In this document: one piece after another, positions 34,927-44,379 of the stretch
How positions within the stretch are numbered: position 1 is the first letter of the stretch
Layout of the letters: the number at the start of each line of letters is the position of its first letter
From: Spirochaetota bacterium
Lineage (GTDB): Bacteria > Spirochaetota > UBA4802 > UBA5550
NCBI GenBank assembly: GCA_016928865.1
Contig: JAFGJX010000067.1
Span: 55,618-119,617, forward strand
DNA length: 64,000 nucleotides
Direction of reading: 5' to 3'
Program-made: the position numbers and the translations under genes
The notes under the pieces: model-generated
Database searches by the model: none
What the model saw: the letters and a program-made list of their open reading frames with translations, nothing else
What the model was told of the DNA's origin: nothing

Positions 34927-37230
34927 ATGCGCCAGATAAAAAAAGTTTCAATTATCGGTGCCGGTTCATGGGGCACCGCGGTCGCCAAATCGATTGCGGA
35001 ATCAAAGCCGCATCTGAACGTTGTCATGTGGGCCTATGAAAAAGCCGTGGCCGTATCGATCAATACAAGGCACGAGAACACGGAATTTCTGCCGGGCATC
35101 ACCCTGCCAACAGCGATTACCGCTACGAACAGACTGGAGGAAGCGGTAACCGGCTCCACTGTAGTCATACTCGCCACACCATCCAAGGCTGCATACGAGG
35201 TGTGCCGGCGAATGTCCGCGTTCGTATCGCGGGAAATGTATGTCGGATTCCTCACCAAGGGCTTCTGCAAGATTGACGGCCGTGTCCTCACGATATCCCA
35301 GGCAATGGAACGGGCCATGCCCCAGACCGCGGGGGCGATTGTCGCCATCTCCGGGCCGAGCCATGCGGAGGAGGTTTGCCGTCGCTTTCATACCTGCCTG
35401 AACGCCGGAAGCATGTCGGAAGAAGCACGGTCGGCCATCGCGGGCCTGCTGACATCGGAGTGGATACAGTGCCGTACCACTGAAGATATACGCGCCGTTG
35501 AAGTGGGCGGCACACTCAAGAATCCGGCCGCGATCGCAGCAGGCATGATAAGCGCACTGCCGCGGTGCGGCGACAACCTCGCCGGCGCGCTCATGTCAGA
35601 AGCGCTCAGGGAGATGATCCGGCTGGGCGCTGTATTCGGCATCAGCGGAGAGAGCATGATCGATATATCGGGGCTCGGTGACCTCGTGGCCACGGCGCTG
35701 AGCCCCCACAGCAGGAACAGGCGATTCGGCAGGGACATCGCCGGACAGATCATGAAAAAGGGAGATACTCTGAACCTCTGGGACCGCGTGGTCCTCAGGA
35801 TCAGGCCGTTCAGCGTGATAGAACGGATGAGTGGAAAGCTGCATTACCTTGCGGAGGGCGCGTACGCGATCGAGCCGCTTATCGAGCTGGCGGAAAAAGA
35901 GCAGATCCCCATACCGGTGTACCGCGCGCTTTACGAGGTTCTGCTGCACAAGAAGGATCCATCACTCCTGATTGAGACCATCAAGGACCCTGAACGCTTT
36001 GACGACCTGTTTTTCAGCACCAAGATACAGATTGCCGACCGAAGAAGGGGACTCGAGTTGATCAAGGGGAAGGTTTTCAAGGAGCATATCATTGATCTTG
36101 CCATGGAGCGCTTTGTTTCCCGGAAGGGCAACGCCATGGTGCCGAACCAGCCTGACGACGTCATGGCGTCCCTCAGTGAATTCCGCGGATACGCGGGAAC
36201 AGCGGAAGATGAGAAGCGCATTATCATGAGTATCAACAGGGAAAACTACGCGGATTCAATGCGCGCTCTTGCCAGCGTATATATCGAGGAGATATCGGAC
36301 AGCTTCAGCAACCGTGTTAAATGGATGATGATATTCTTCCTTGTTTTTTCGCGCATCGCCGGCATTTTCATGCGGCGGGAGGGCAAGCTCGTGGTTTCCG
36401 GCTCTGTTGATGAATTGCGCCGGAGCTGCGGTTCGGCAACCATATTGTATGCGGCGCCGTTTGTGAACCGCTATGATTCAATTTTCGCCATGATGGCGAT
36501 TGCGCGGGCGCGTCTCCCCTTTCCCCGGTTCTTTGTCGACGCGGGAGTGCCGGCGCGCGACAGGTTTGTCCTGAAGCGGTGCGGCGGGTACACCGTAGAC
36601 CGGGGGAAGCTCGCCAACACGGTTTACCGCGAAACGCTGGCGCAGTACATTTCAACCATGGCCGGGTACGGGGTTCCGATGCTCTATGTTCTCTCCGGGT
36701 CGAGCACGGGATCAGGGAATTACGAACATGACGCGTTTATATCGGCCATTACCGATTCCATGTATCGGCATGCGGTCGAACTGGCGCTGGTGCCGTTCGA
36801 GGTGTCCTATCTGGACAGGCCGAAGGACGGGGAGGGAGCAGTATCTTTCAGGGACATCGTTGCCAATGTCGTCTGGGTCAATTTCTCAAGCCCGATCTTT
36901 CTGTCTGAATTCACGAAGCAGCCTCACATGCTGATGGGAATACCCGGGGTTATTGCGGGGATCTGGGAAAAAGAGAGAAAAGTATTCCCCCACTACCTCC
37001 TCTGCAGGGCGCTGGTCGACAATGATTATGCCATGCGGCACTCGGACGCGGTGGAATTTATCAAGAAATACATGCGTCGCGCCGGCAGGCGATTTGACTA
37101 CAACCCGGCAAAGGCGGCCAGGAAGGGAGTGCGGTATCTCGAAAAAAACGGGATTGCCGCGGTTGAAGGTGACACCATCCGGGTTAATGACAGGGAGCAG
37201 GTCGCTTTTTACGCCGGGCTCATCCCGTGA
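34927..37230 (+). CDS. gpsA: NAD(P)H-dependent glycerol-3-phosphate dehydrogenase fused to a PlsB/GPAT-like domain with a degenerate HX4D motif
   Basis: The first ~345 aa are GpsA (IIGAGSWGTAVA, SGPSHAEEV, GGTLKNPAAIAAG, SRNRRFG). Residues ~470-640 align with E. coli PlsB blocks I-IV (PFVNRYDS; GGYTVDRG; YVLSGSSTGSG; LVPFEVSY). Confidence 0.8.
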   Translation: MRQIKKVSIIGAGSWGTAVAKSIAESKPHLNVVMWAYEKAVAVSINTRHENTEFLPGITLPTAITATNRLEEAVTGSTVVILATPSKAAYEVCRRMSAFVSREMYVGFLTKGFCKIDGRVLTISQAMERAMPQTAGAIVAISGPSHAEEVCRRFHTCLNAGSMSEEARSAIAGLLTSEWIQCRTTEDIRAVEVGGTLKNPAAIAAGMISALPRCGDNLAGALMSEALREMIRLGAVFGISGESMIDISGLGDLVATALSPHSRNRRFGRDIAGQIMKKGDTLNLWDRVVLRIRPFSVIERMSGKLHYLAEGAYAIEPLIELAEKEQIPIPVYRALYEVLLHKKDPSLLIETIKDPERFDDLFFSTKIQIADRRRGLELIKGKVFKEHIIDLAMERFVSRKGNAMVPNQPDDVMASLSEFRGYAGTAEDEKRIIMSINRENYADSMRALASVYIEEISDSFSNRVKWMMIFFLVFSRIAGIFMRREGKLVVSGSVDELRRSCGSATILYAAPFVNRYDSIFAMMAIARARLPFPRFFVDAGVPARDRFVLKRCGGYTVDRGKLANTVYRETLAQYISTMAGYGVPMLYVLSGSSTGSGNYEHDAFISAITDSMYRHAVELALVPFEVSYLDRPKDGEGAVSFRDIVANVVWVNFSSPIFLSEFTKQPHMLMGIPGVIAGIWEKERKVFPHYLLCRALVDNDYAMRHSDAVEFIKKYMRRAGRRFDYNPAKAARKGVRYLEKNGIAAVEGDTIRVNDREQVAFYAGLIP

Positions 37231-37238
37231 CAGGGATG

Positions 37239-38648
37239 TTATACCCTGAACAGGTGCTCGAAGGTTCCGTACAGGACCTGCACGAGTTGTGATCGCCCGT
37301 CGACGGTACCCGACATCCCGTACAGGGCACCGCTGCGAGGGTTTTTTCCGGTCATGGTCCTGGCATACTCTACGCCCTTTTCGAGGTCTTCCACGAGCCG
37401 GTCGGCAACTCCCGGTACCAGGGTCTGCGGCATGGTCACGCAGAAATGTATGGCCGGTGGATTTTGAAGGCCGTTAAAACGCCATCCCTGCGAAATCATG
37501 TAATCGTTTACATGGAATATATCAACATCATTCGACCGAAAGCTGATCAAAAAGGTCGGATCTCCGATAATCTGGAGTTCCGGTATTCCCGAAACGCCTT
37601 CCTTAATGCGGTCGGCAACTTTCATGATTGCGGCAGTGGCCTTGAGATAGCCTTCCTCTCCGAGGTAGACCATGGCCGCCCAGGTTGAGGCGGTGAGGCC
37701 TCCGGAGCGGCTCCCGGTCATAGAGGGGGACGCATATATGCCGCCGGGCCAGTGGGCCATCTGGAAGAACTGATACCGGCGAAGCTTCAGGTTGCGGTAC
37801 AGGACAACCGAATTCCCCTTCAGGCCGAAGCCGAACTTGTGGGTATCGGCCGACATTGACGTCAGGCCCGGCAGACGAAAGTCGAAAACCGGGACCCGGT
37901 ACCCGAGCCGCTCTATCCAGGGGAGTATGAAACCGCCGAGGCATCCGTCCACATGAAAGCCGACATCGTGCTCCAGCGCAATATCTGAAAGCTCATCAAG
38001 AGGATCGATGAGTCCGTAGGGGTAATTGCCGGCGCTTCCGACAACCGCCACTGTATTGTCGTTGATAAGCTTTTTAACCTCTGCCGGGATTACGCGGAAG
38101 TCTTTTTCGTTCACCGGAGCAAGGACCATCCTGATGCCGAAGTACTCTCCGGCCTTGTGAAAGGCGGGGTGCGCCGTCAGAGGGAGTATTATCTCGGGCG
38201 CGGTGATCTTTTTTTCAACTAGGCCACGGTCGCGGTACACCTTCATCGGCAGCATGATGCTCTCGGAACCGCCGAAGGTGACGGTGCCGCAGATCTCGTC
38301 ATCGGGGTTGGCTTTACGCACCTTGTCGCCGTTCAGCATGCGCGCCGTCATGGAGACGATCTCGCTTTCGAATTTTGACATGCTGGGACAGAGATCGACC
38401 TGTAAAACGTTGACGTGAGAGAAAAATGAAAAAACCCTGTTAAGGAATTCGCGGTGTTCTTCACCGGCATGATAAAAGGTCCCGGATATCCTGCCGTTCT
38501 TCCACCTGGCGTTTTCTTCGTCCGCCATGATTGAAAGCTCATCGAGAATGTCGTCCCTGTCCCGTCCTGTTTCGGGAAGCCTCTCATAGCTGCCGAATCT
38601 TCCCCGGTATGGTTTGAATGGATCAACAATAGGTTTTTCTTCAGGCAT
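37239..38648 (-). CDS. PLP-dependent lyase/decarboxylase, sphingosine-1-phosphate-lyase-like
   Basis: The PLP-lysine block MSADTHKFGFGLKGNSVVLY closely matches the SPL signature (SADTHKYGFAPKG). The rest is a group II decarboxylase fold. Confidence 0.8.
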   Translation of the reverse strand: MPEEKPIVDPFKPYRGRFGSYERLPETGRDRDDILDELSIMADEENARWKNGRISGTFYHAGEEHREFLNRVFSFFSHVNVLQVDLCPSMSKFESEIVSMTARMLNGDKVRKANPDDEICGTVTFGGSESIMLPMKVYRDRGLVEKKITAPEIILPLTAHPAFHKAGEYFGIRMVLAPVNEKDFRVIPAEVKKLINDNTVAVVGSAGNYPYGLIDPLDELSDIALEHDVGFHVDGCLGGFILPWIERLGYRVPVFDFRLPGLTSMSADTHKFGFGLKGNSVVLYRNLKLRRYQFFQMAHWPGGIYASPSMTGSRSGGLTASTWAAMVYLGEEGYLKATAAIMKVADRIKEGVSGIPELQIIGDPTFLISFRSNDVDIFHVNDYMISQGWRFNGLQNPPAIHFCVTMPQTLVPGVADRLVEDLEKGVEYARTMTGKNPRSGALYGMSGTVDGRSQLVQVLYGTFEHLFRV

Positions 38649-38681
38649 ATGTTCCTCCCCTGCCGTCTGATCACGCCGGGT

Positions 38682-40277
38682 CTAGGGCGCGTTCAGCGCG
38701 GCGAATATCTTTTTGCTGCGTTTAAATAACTCGCGGTACTGGCAGTACATCCTGTCATAGACTGCCCGATTCGACGGATCGGGATGGAATGTCTTTCTGA
38801 TCCTGACAAGCCCGGGAAGCTCGCCGATATCGCGAATCCCGAGCCTGTTGAAGGCGAGCATTGCGGAGCCGCGCAGGGTCGTGCGGGCCGGATCCTCCAC
38901 CTGGTGGATGGGAACTCCCAGAACGTCCGCGTGTATCTGCGCCCAGACGTCCGAGAGGGCGCCGCCGCCGGCGAAGCGAAAGCCGGGGAATTTCCGACCG
39001 ATAAATTTCTCAGCAACCTCGCGTGTCCAGCGGTTGTTGTAGGCGAGGCTTTCCATAACGGCGCGCGTCATGTGCGCGCGTGTTGATCCGAGGGAAAGAT
39101 TGAAGAAACCGCCGCGGGCATTGCCGTTTTCCTCCGGGGTTATGCTGCCGTTCAGCCAGGGCATGAAAATAACGCCTTTGCTCCCGGCCGGTATGCGCGC
39201 GGCCATGCGATCGGCCCGGACATAAGCGTCATCCGGTATGCTGTCGCTCCCGAATTCATCCCGCGCGTAGACAATGTTGTTGAGGAAGAATTCAAGGGCC
39301 TTGCCGCCGGTGCCCTGTTCGGCGAAGAGGAGGTACCGGTCCTTCAGGGGGCTCGGCATCGTGGTCATGGCATGGAAGATATCGGTCTTTTTAAAGGGAA
39401 CATGGCAGGTGAGGACAAGGGAGGTGCCGATATATATCAACCCGTCGAAATCGCGGATCGCGCCAGACCCGATTGCGGAGGCGTTCGTGTCGTTCGTTCC
39501 CGCAATGACGCGTGTTGCGGGTGAGATGCCCAGTTCCCTTGCGACGGCGGGAAGCACGGTCCCGACGAATTCCTTGTTCGGAACAAGGTCAGGGAGCTTT
39601 TCGCGTGGCAGCCCTGCGAGATTGATAAGTGTGTCGTTGTATTCGGTGCAGCCCCATGCGCGGTTGTCAACGGCCATGAAGGGCAGCATCGTTTCCTGGG
39701 AGGCAGAGCAACGACCGGTCAGGCGGAGGGTGAGATAGTCCATCGGCTCCAGGAATTTCCATGATTGCTTATAGATGTCTTGCATCTCGTTTTTCAGGAA
39801 ATGAACATGTCCGATGGAATCGATCCCAGATTTGCTCGGCGCCAGGCCGGTGAGCCTGATCCACCGCAGCAGCTTGGTAATACCGTAGCCCTGGATATTG
39901 ATGATGCCGCGTATAATGTGCCGGTTATAGGGGGCACCGCGGGAATCGAGCCAGTGGATGGCGTTCATGACCGGTTTGCCGCCGGAGTCGACCGGGACGA
40001 TTACGAAAAACTGTGAGTCGCAGATGACGGCTTCTATCAGACGCGAAGGAACGCCCGATTGGGCAATCGCCTTTTTTGCAGCACTCTTTGCGCCCTCCCA
40101 CCATGCATGAGGGTCCTGCTCGACGCCGCCGCCGGGGAGGATTGAAATCGGTACTTTAACCGAGGCGCTTGCCATCACGCGTCCAGCGTCGGATATGACC
40201 GCCGCCTTGGGACCGCCGCTGCCCAGATCGATCGCGAGGACGTACCGTGATTTCGCGACGCTGCTATCAGCTTTCAT
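38682..40277 (-). CDS. FGGY-family carbohydrate/polyol kinase
   Basis: YVLAIDLGSGGPKAAV, GTNDTNASAIGSGA, GGGALSDVWAQIHADVLGVPI. Confidence 0.85.
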   Translation of the reverse strand: MKADSSVAKSRYVLAIDLGSGGPKAAVISDAGRVMASASVKVPISILPGGGVEQDPHAWWEGAKSAAKKAIAQSGVPSRLIEAVICDSQFFVIVPVDSGGKPVMNAIHWLDSRGAPYNRHIIRGIINIQGYGITKLLRWIRLTGLAPSKSGIDSIGHVHFLKNEMQDIYKQSWKFLEPMDYLTLRLTGRCSASQETMLPFMAVDNRAWGCTEYNDTLINLAGLPREKLPDLVPNKEFVGTVLPAVARELGISPATRVIAGTNDTNASAIGSGAIRDFDGLIYIGTSLVLTCHVPFKKTDIFHAMTTMPSPLKDRYLLFAEQGTGGKALEFFLNNIVYARDEFGSDSIPDDAYVRADRMAARIPAGSKGVIFMPWLNGSITPEENGNARGGFFNLSLGSTRAHMTRAVMESLAYNNRWTREVAEKFIGRKFPGFRFAGGGALSDVWAQIHADVLGVPIHQVEDPARTTLRGSAMLAFNRLGIRDIGELPGLVRIRKTFHPDPSNRAVYDRMYCQYRELFKRSKKIFAALNAP

Positions 40278-40298
40278 ATTTCATTATCCGATCGGTCT

Positions 40299-40667
40299 CT
40301 ATGTGCCTGCCGAGTATTCTGAAAGTTTTTCTATAACAAGTTTTCTCACGACCGGGTCGATCTCCTGTGAGCTTTCACGGAACCTGGTGATTATCATTTC
40401 GACCGGGAAAATCCCGTCGTTGATAAGAAGAGGCGTGGCAGGGTGCTTGTACTGTGAACGGGAATCGTCCACCGCGTGATGGCTGAATCCGGAATTTTTG
40501 TGCCACAGGAATGCATGCTCATCAGAAGGCTTGTCGTAGCAGAGCTGGAACCCGGATATCGACCTGTCCTCCATGTCATACCATACAATCAGATCGAAAT
40601 ACGAGTTCTGGAACCACCTGCGGAACGTGTTCGGCTCCTTCTGGCTGACTGTAGATTCCTTAAGCAT
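40299..40667 (-). CDS. Hypothetical protein, 122 aa
   Basis: Its start overlaps the stop of the LOG-like gene by 8 nt. No recognisable motif. Confidence 0.45.
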   Translation of the reverse strand: MLKESTVSQKEPNTFRRWFQNSYFDLIVWYDMEDRSISGFQLCYDKPSDEHAFLWHKNSGFSHHAVDDSRSQYKHPATPLLINDGIFPVEMIITRFRESSQEIDPVVRKLVIEKLSEYSAGT

Positions 40668-41169
40668 GCGGGGTCTCCAACAGGCACTGGTCTATGAGGC
40701 GGCACGTCTGGTCGGTGTCGCGCGCAATAAATACGGGGCCGCCAATGCGGTTCAGCTCGAACCAGTTCGCGAAATCACGGCTCCAGCCTTCAGCGAAGGA
40801 ACAGCAGATCAGCGGGATGCCGTAGGTGCGGGAATAGGCGATCTCGGAAAGCGTGCCGAAGCTGCCGCCGATCGCGACAGCGACATCAGCCGCGAGGACG
40901 TTCACGGCGTTGCGGGCATACCCCAGACCGGTCGGTATCACGATGCCGCAGTGTGAGTTTGCCCCGTTCTTGTCCTCGCCCGGCAGAATTCCGATAACGA
41001 TTCCGCCCCGCTCGGCCGCACCCTGTGACGCGGCCTCCATGATGCCGCCGCGACCGCCGGTGATCAACACATATTCACGCTCAGCGACAAAGGCCCCAAT
41101 CGCCCGTGCTTCGTCGAGAAACCTGGTGTCGTCCGACGACCCGATGACAACGACCTGCTTTTTTCTCAT
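40660..41169 (-). CDS. TIGR00725 / LOG-like (SLOG fold) protein
   Basis: Both LOG-type motifs are present: ITGGRGGIMEAAS and AIGGSFGTLSEIAYS. Its 169-aa length is typical for TIGR00725. Confidence 0.75.
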   Translation of the reverse strand: MRKKQVVVIGSSDDTRFLDEARAIGAFVAEREYVLITGGRGGIMEAASQGAAERGGIVIGILPGEDKNGANSHCGIVIPTGLGYARNAVNVLAADVAVAIGGSFGTLSEIAYSRTYGIPLICCSFAEGWSRDFANWFELNRIGGPVFIARDTDQTCRLIDQCLLETPHA

Positions 41170-41198
41170 TCACGTGACCTTAAAAAGTACATATCAAA

Positions 41199-42113
41199 TC
41201 AAAGTTGTTCAAGAAAAAGATATAAGTCCTGGGGTGTTGCAATTGTCGTATCGACCACCTTGTAAGGCATGTTGTTGCCATGATACATGAAATCCAGGCG
41301 GTTCCGCTTGATGTCCAGGCCCTGTCTGGTGGTCTCGTCGTACAGTACTACGTAGTTCGAAAGTGAGAGGGCGAAGATGTGCACGCGTGCGGGATACGTT
41401 TCCTTGAGTTTATTAATGATAACATGCGAAAAATCGATAATGTTGTAGACGCCTTCCCTTGCGAAGGCGCCGATTGATTTGTACAGAAAAAAATGGTCGG
41501 CGTACACGGGTCCGTCCTTCCCGCCATTGAAAATGCGGGAGATTTCGGCTGATATGTCGTTCATGTAATTGAGCATAACCGGAGAAAAAACCTCGCGATT
41601 CCTGAGGTAAATGATCCTGAGAAAATCGGCGATAAAATCAAAATCTGCGGAGTTAAACAGCGGTGAGGACGTCACCGCGGCAGCGATGATGGTTTCCCGC
41701 TCCGCTGAAATTTTCTTGAGAACCAGCGAGAATGACTGGCCTTCCTGGCTCCCGAGACGAAGCTTCGCGGTACTTCCGATTTCTATGCGCGCCTCCTCGC
41801 GCGTGATCAGTTCGGGCAGGGCATTGAGCAGGAGCATGTCGCCCACGGCTGCAAGCGGTACGGTTGATCCGTTTTGAACTATGAAAATGGCTGTAAGCGC
41901 GGCATTATTCGAGATATTGTGTTGGTGCAGGACTCCTTTCAGGTGGCCTCCCGCCACTTCGGATATGTAGCGGGCCTCGATCTTTCGAAAGCGTGAGAGG
42001 AGGGCGCGGTAGGCGATTTTCGTCCTGTCAGGGGACAGGGAACCTCCGGAATATTCTCTGATGGTTTCCTTTATCTGGTCAATGAGGATGTCGATGTTGC
42101 CGGTGTCTTTCAT
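41199..42113 (-). CDS. Hypothetical protein, 304 aa
   Basis: Clean ORF, 29 nt upstream of the LOG-like gene. No confident domain call. Confidence 0.5.
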   Translation of the reverse strand: MKDTGNIDILIDQIKETIREYSGGSLSPDRTKIAYRALLSRFRKIEARYISEVAGGHLKGVLHQHNISNNAALTAIFIVQNGSTVPLAAVGDMLLLNALPELITREEARIEIGSTAKLRLGSQEGQSFSLVLKKISAERETIIAAAVTSSPLFNSADFDFIADFLRIIYLRNREVFSPVMLNYMNDISAEISRIFNGGKDGPVYADHFFLYKSIGAFAREGVYNIIDFSHVIINKLKETYPARVHIFALSLSNYVVLYDETTRQGLDIKRNRLDFMYHGNNMPYKVVDTTIATPQDLYLFLEQL

Positions 42114-42167
42114 CTGAAACGTGATAGCGCCATGATCGGTTTACAGTATGCGAACACCCGGTGAATT

Positions 42168-43472
42168 TCAAGAACATTTTGCCTCGTGGCGCTGCGCGTA
42201 GCCGCGAGCGGTCCCGTACAATCTGAACGACCCGATGAAGAAAAAGAGGGAATCGACGCAGATTTCGGAGTCAAGTGCCCGGCCCAGCTCATTTTCGTCT
42301 GCGCGGATCACGCGGGTGATGACGCGGGGATGGGAACCCGGTTCAGGCAGATAGCAGCGCGGATCGTCAATCGCGAAATAGAGGACGCGCATCCGGTGTT
42401 CTTCGAGGACATCCATGATCCCTCCAATGTCCTTGTCCCGCATCAGGGTAAGAACAGGAAGGACATGTCGGCGTGGGTACCGCACGCGTACAAGGCCGAT
42501 CATTTCACGCATTGCCGCGACGTTATGGGCCGGGTCGAATATGACGAGGGGATGACCGCAGAGGACCTGAAACCTCCCGGGAGCGGAAAAATGCTGCAGC
42601 CCGTCCCTGATGACATCGTCCGTAATTTTGGGAAATCGATTTCTGAGGAGAAGGCTCGCGGTTACCGCGCACGAGCTGTTGGATACCTGCTTTTCCATCG
42701 GGTGGTTTATTTCCAGGCCGGAAATGTCGTGGCGCGTTCTGCCGTTAAAGGCGTAATCGTACCTGAACCCCGTTTCCGTGCCGGTGATACCGGTGGTTGA
42801 AAAGTCCCTTGAAAGCCGAAGGAGGGGCGCCTTTTTTGAACGGGCTTCAATATTCAGCACTGCTATAATGTCAGGGTCCAGGTTTGATGTTATTACATAA
42901 ACGTCCGGTTTGATGATGCCGGCCTTTTCTCGCGCTATCAGGGGCAGGGTGCCGCCCAGGACATGGGCGTGGTCCAACGAGATGTCGGTGATGATGGAAC
43001 AGAGGGGTGTAACGATGTTAGTCGAGTCAAGCCGTCCGCCGAGTCCCGTTTCGATTATGGCTATGTCTATTCCTCTGGAATGGAAATAGCGGAACGCGCA
43101 GGCGGTCAGAATGTCAAAATACGTTGGATTGAGCGATTCATCCGAGTCCACGCAGCCGATGATTTCATCGATGAGGAGGGATAAATCCTTATCGGGAATG
43201 GGCGAGTTTCCGACGATGATGCGCTCGTTGACGGTGAGGAGATGGGGCGATGTATACAGCCCTGCTGTATATCCCGCCTCGGTGAATATGCCGTTCAGCA
43301 TGTGGGCGACAGAGCCTTTGCCGTTGGTCCCCGCGATATGTACCGCATGCAGGGATTGATGGGGGGTGCCGAAACGATCAAGGATATTTCTGATATGATC
43401 CGTGCTGTAATGCCTGAAGTCCTGCACGGTTTCGTTGTTGATGAATCTATCGAGTCTGGCGGTTATCATCAT
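42168..43472 (-). CDS. folC: Folylpolyglutamate synthase / dihydrofolate synthase
   Basis: P-loop HIAGTNGKGSV in a Mur-ligase fold. The start is taken at the ATGATG overlapping the aroE stop (43467-43472), not the track's 43604. Confidence 0.88.
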   Translation of the reverse strand: MMITARLDRFINNETVQDFRHYSTDHIRNILDRFGTPHQSLHAVHIAGTNGKGSVAHMLNGIFTEAGYTAGLYTSPHLLTVNERIIVGNSPIPDKDLSLLIDEIIGCVDSDESLNPTYFDILTACAFRYFHSRGIDIAIIETGLGGRLDSTNIVTPLCSIITDISLDHAHVLGGTLPLIAREKAGIIKPDVYVITSNLDPDIIAVLNIEARSKKAPLLRLSRDFSTTGITGTETGFRYDYAFNGRTRHDISGLEINHPMEKQVSNSSCAVTASLLLRNRFPKITDDVIRDGLQHFSAPGRFQVLCGHPLVIFDPAHNVAAMREMIGLVRVRYPRRHVLPVLTLMRDKDIGGIMDVLEEHRMRVLYFAIDDPRCYLPEPGSHPRVITRVIRADENELGRALDSEICVDSLFFFIGSFRLYGTARGYAQRHEAKCS

Positions 43473-44323
43473 TGCTGTCGCAGATGGTCGTTCAGCGCGC
43501 GGCGCATTGCCTCCACCGGTGCCTGAACGTCGGTCCATATCTCGAACTGTCGGGCTCCCTGGAATACGAGCATGTCGATCCCGTGTACGGCGGCAGCGCC
43601 GCACAGCCGTGCAGCATCGAGAAGGCGCGTCATGTGGGGAGCGTACACAATGTCAAAGACGGCATGACGGGAGGAAATCAGATCCAGATCGATCGGGGCG
43701 GAATCTATGTCAGGCTGCATGCCGACCGGTGTCGCGTTTATAATCGTATCTATATCCTCCATATGACGCCGATCCAGATCCCTGAGAAGCATCGAGTCCG
43801 ACGCATGGCCGGCGGCGCGAAGGTCATCGACGAGCCGCCCGATGCGCGTCCCGTCCCTGCCGGCTATCATGACGGATGCGCCCTCTGCTGCAAGGGTAAA
43901 GGCGATCGCACGGGCCGAGCCGCCATTGCCGATGATAAGGCATCGAGAGCCGCCGATCGGTATGTTCGCTTGCTGGAGCGCTCGGAGCGCACCGTATCCG
44001 TCGGTATTGAAGCCGGAGATTCTACCGTTGCGATTGACGAGGGTATTGACCGAGCCGATTTCAGCAGCGAGGCTGTCAACGCTGTCGCAATGGCTTATTG
44101 CTTCTATCTTGAACGGGATGGTGACGCTTGCGCCCCGTATGGAAAGGGCCTTCATGGATGCGATCGCATCCCCGATCGATGGCGGCTCAAAAGCGAGATA
44201 CACGGCGTTGATGCCTGCTTCGGCGAAAGCGGCATTGTGTATGACCGGGGATACCGAATGGCGCACGGGACTGCCCAGGACGCAATAGAGCTCGGTCTTG
44301 GAATTTATGGAGGATGTAATCAT
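43469..44323 (-). CDS. aroE: Shikimate dehydrogenase
   Basis: LYCVLGSPVRHSVSPVIHNAAF, SVTIPFK, NTDGYG, GNGGSARA. ATG 44323 preferred over TTG 44359. Confidence 0.88.
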   Translation of the reverse strand: MITSSINSKTELYCVLGSPVRHSVSPVIHNAAFAEAGINAVYLAFEPPSIGDAIASMKALSIRGASVTIPFKIEAISHCDSVDSLAAEIGSVNTLVNRNGRISGFNTDGYGALRALQQANIPIGGSRCLIIGNGGSARAIAFTLAAEGASVMIAGRDGTRIGRLVDDLRAAGHASDSMLLRDLDRRHMEDIDTIINATPVGMQPDIDSAPIDLDLISSRHAVFDIVYAPHMTRLLDAARLCGAAAVHGIDMLVFQGARQFEIWTDVQAPVEAMRRALNDHLRQQ

Positions 44324-44379
44324 GGTCGTGATGTTTACCGTGCAATAAATTTTTGTCAATATTTTTACGGGACGGGATT

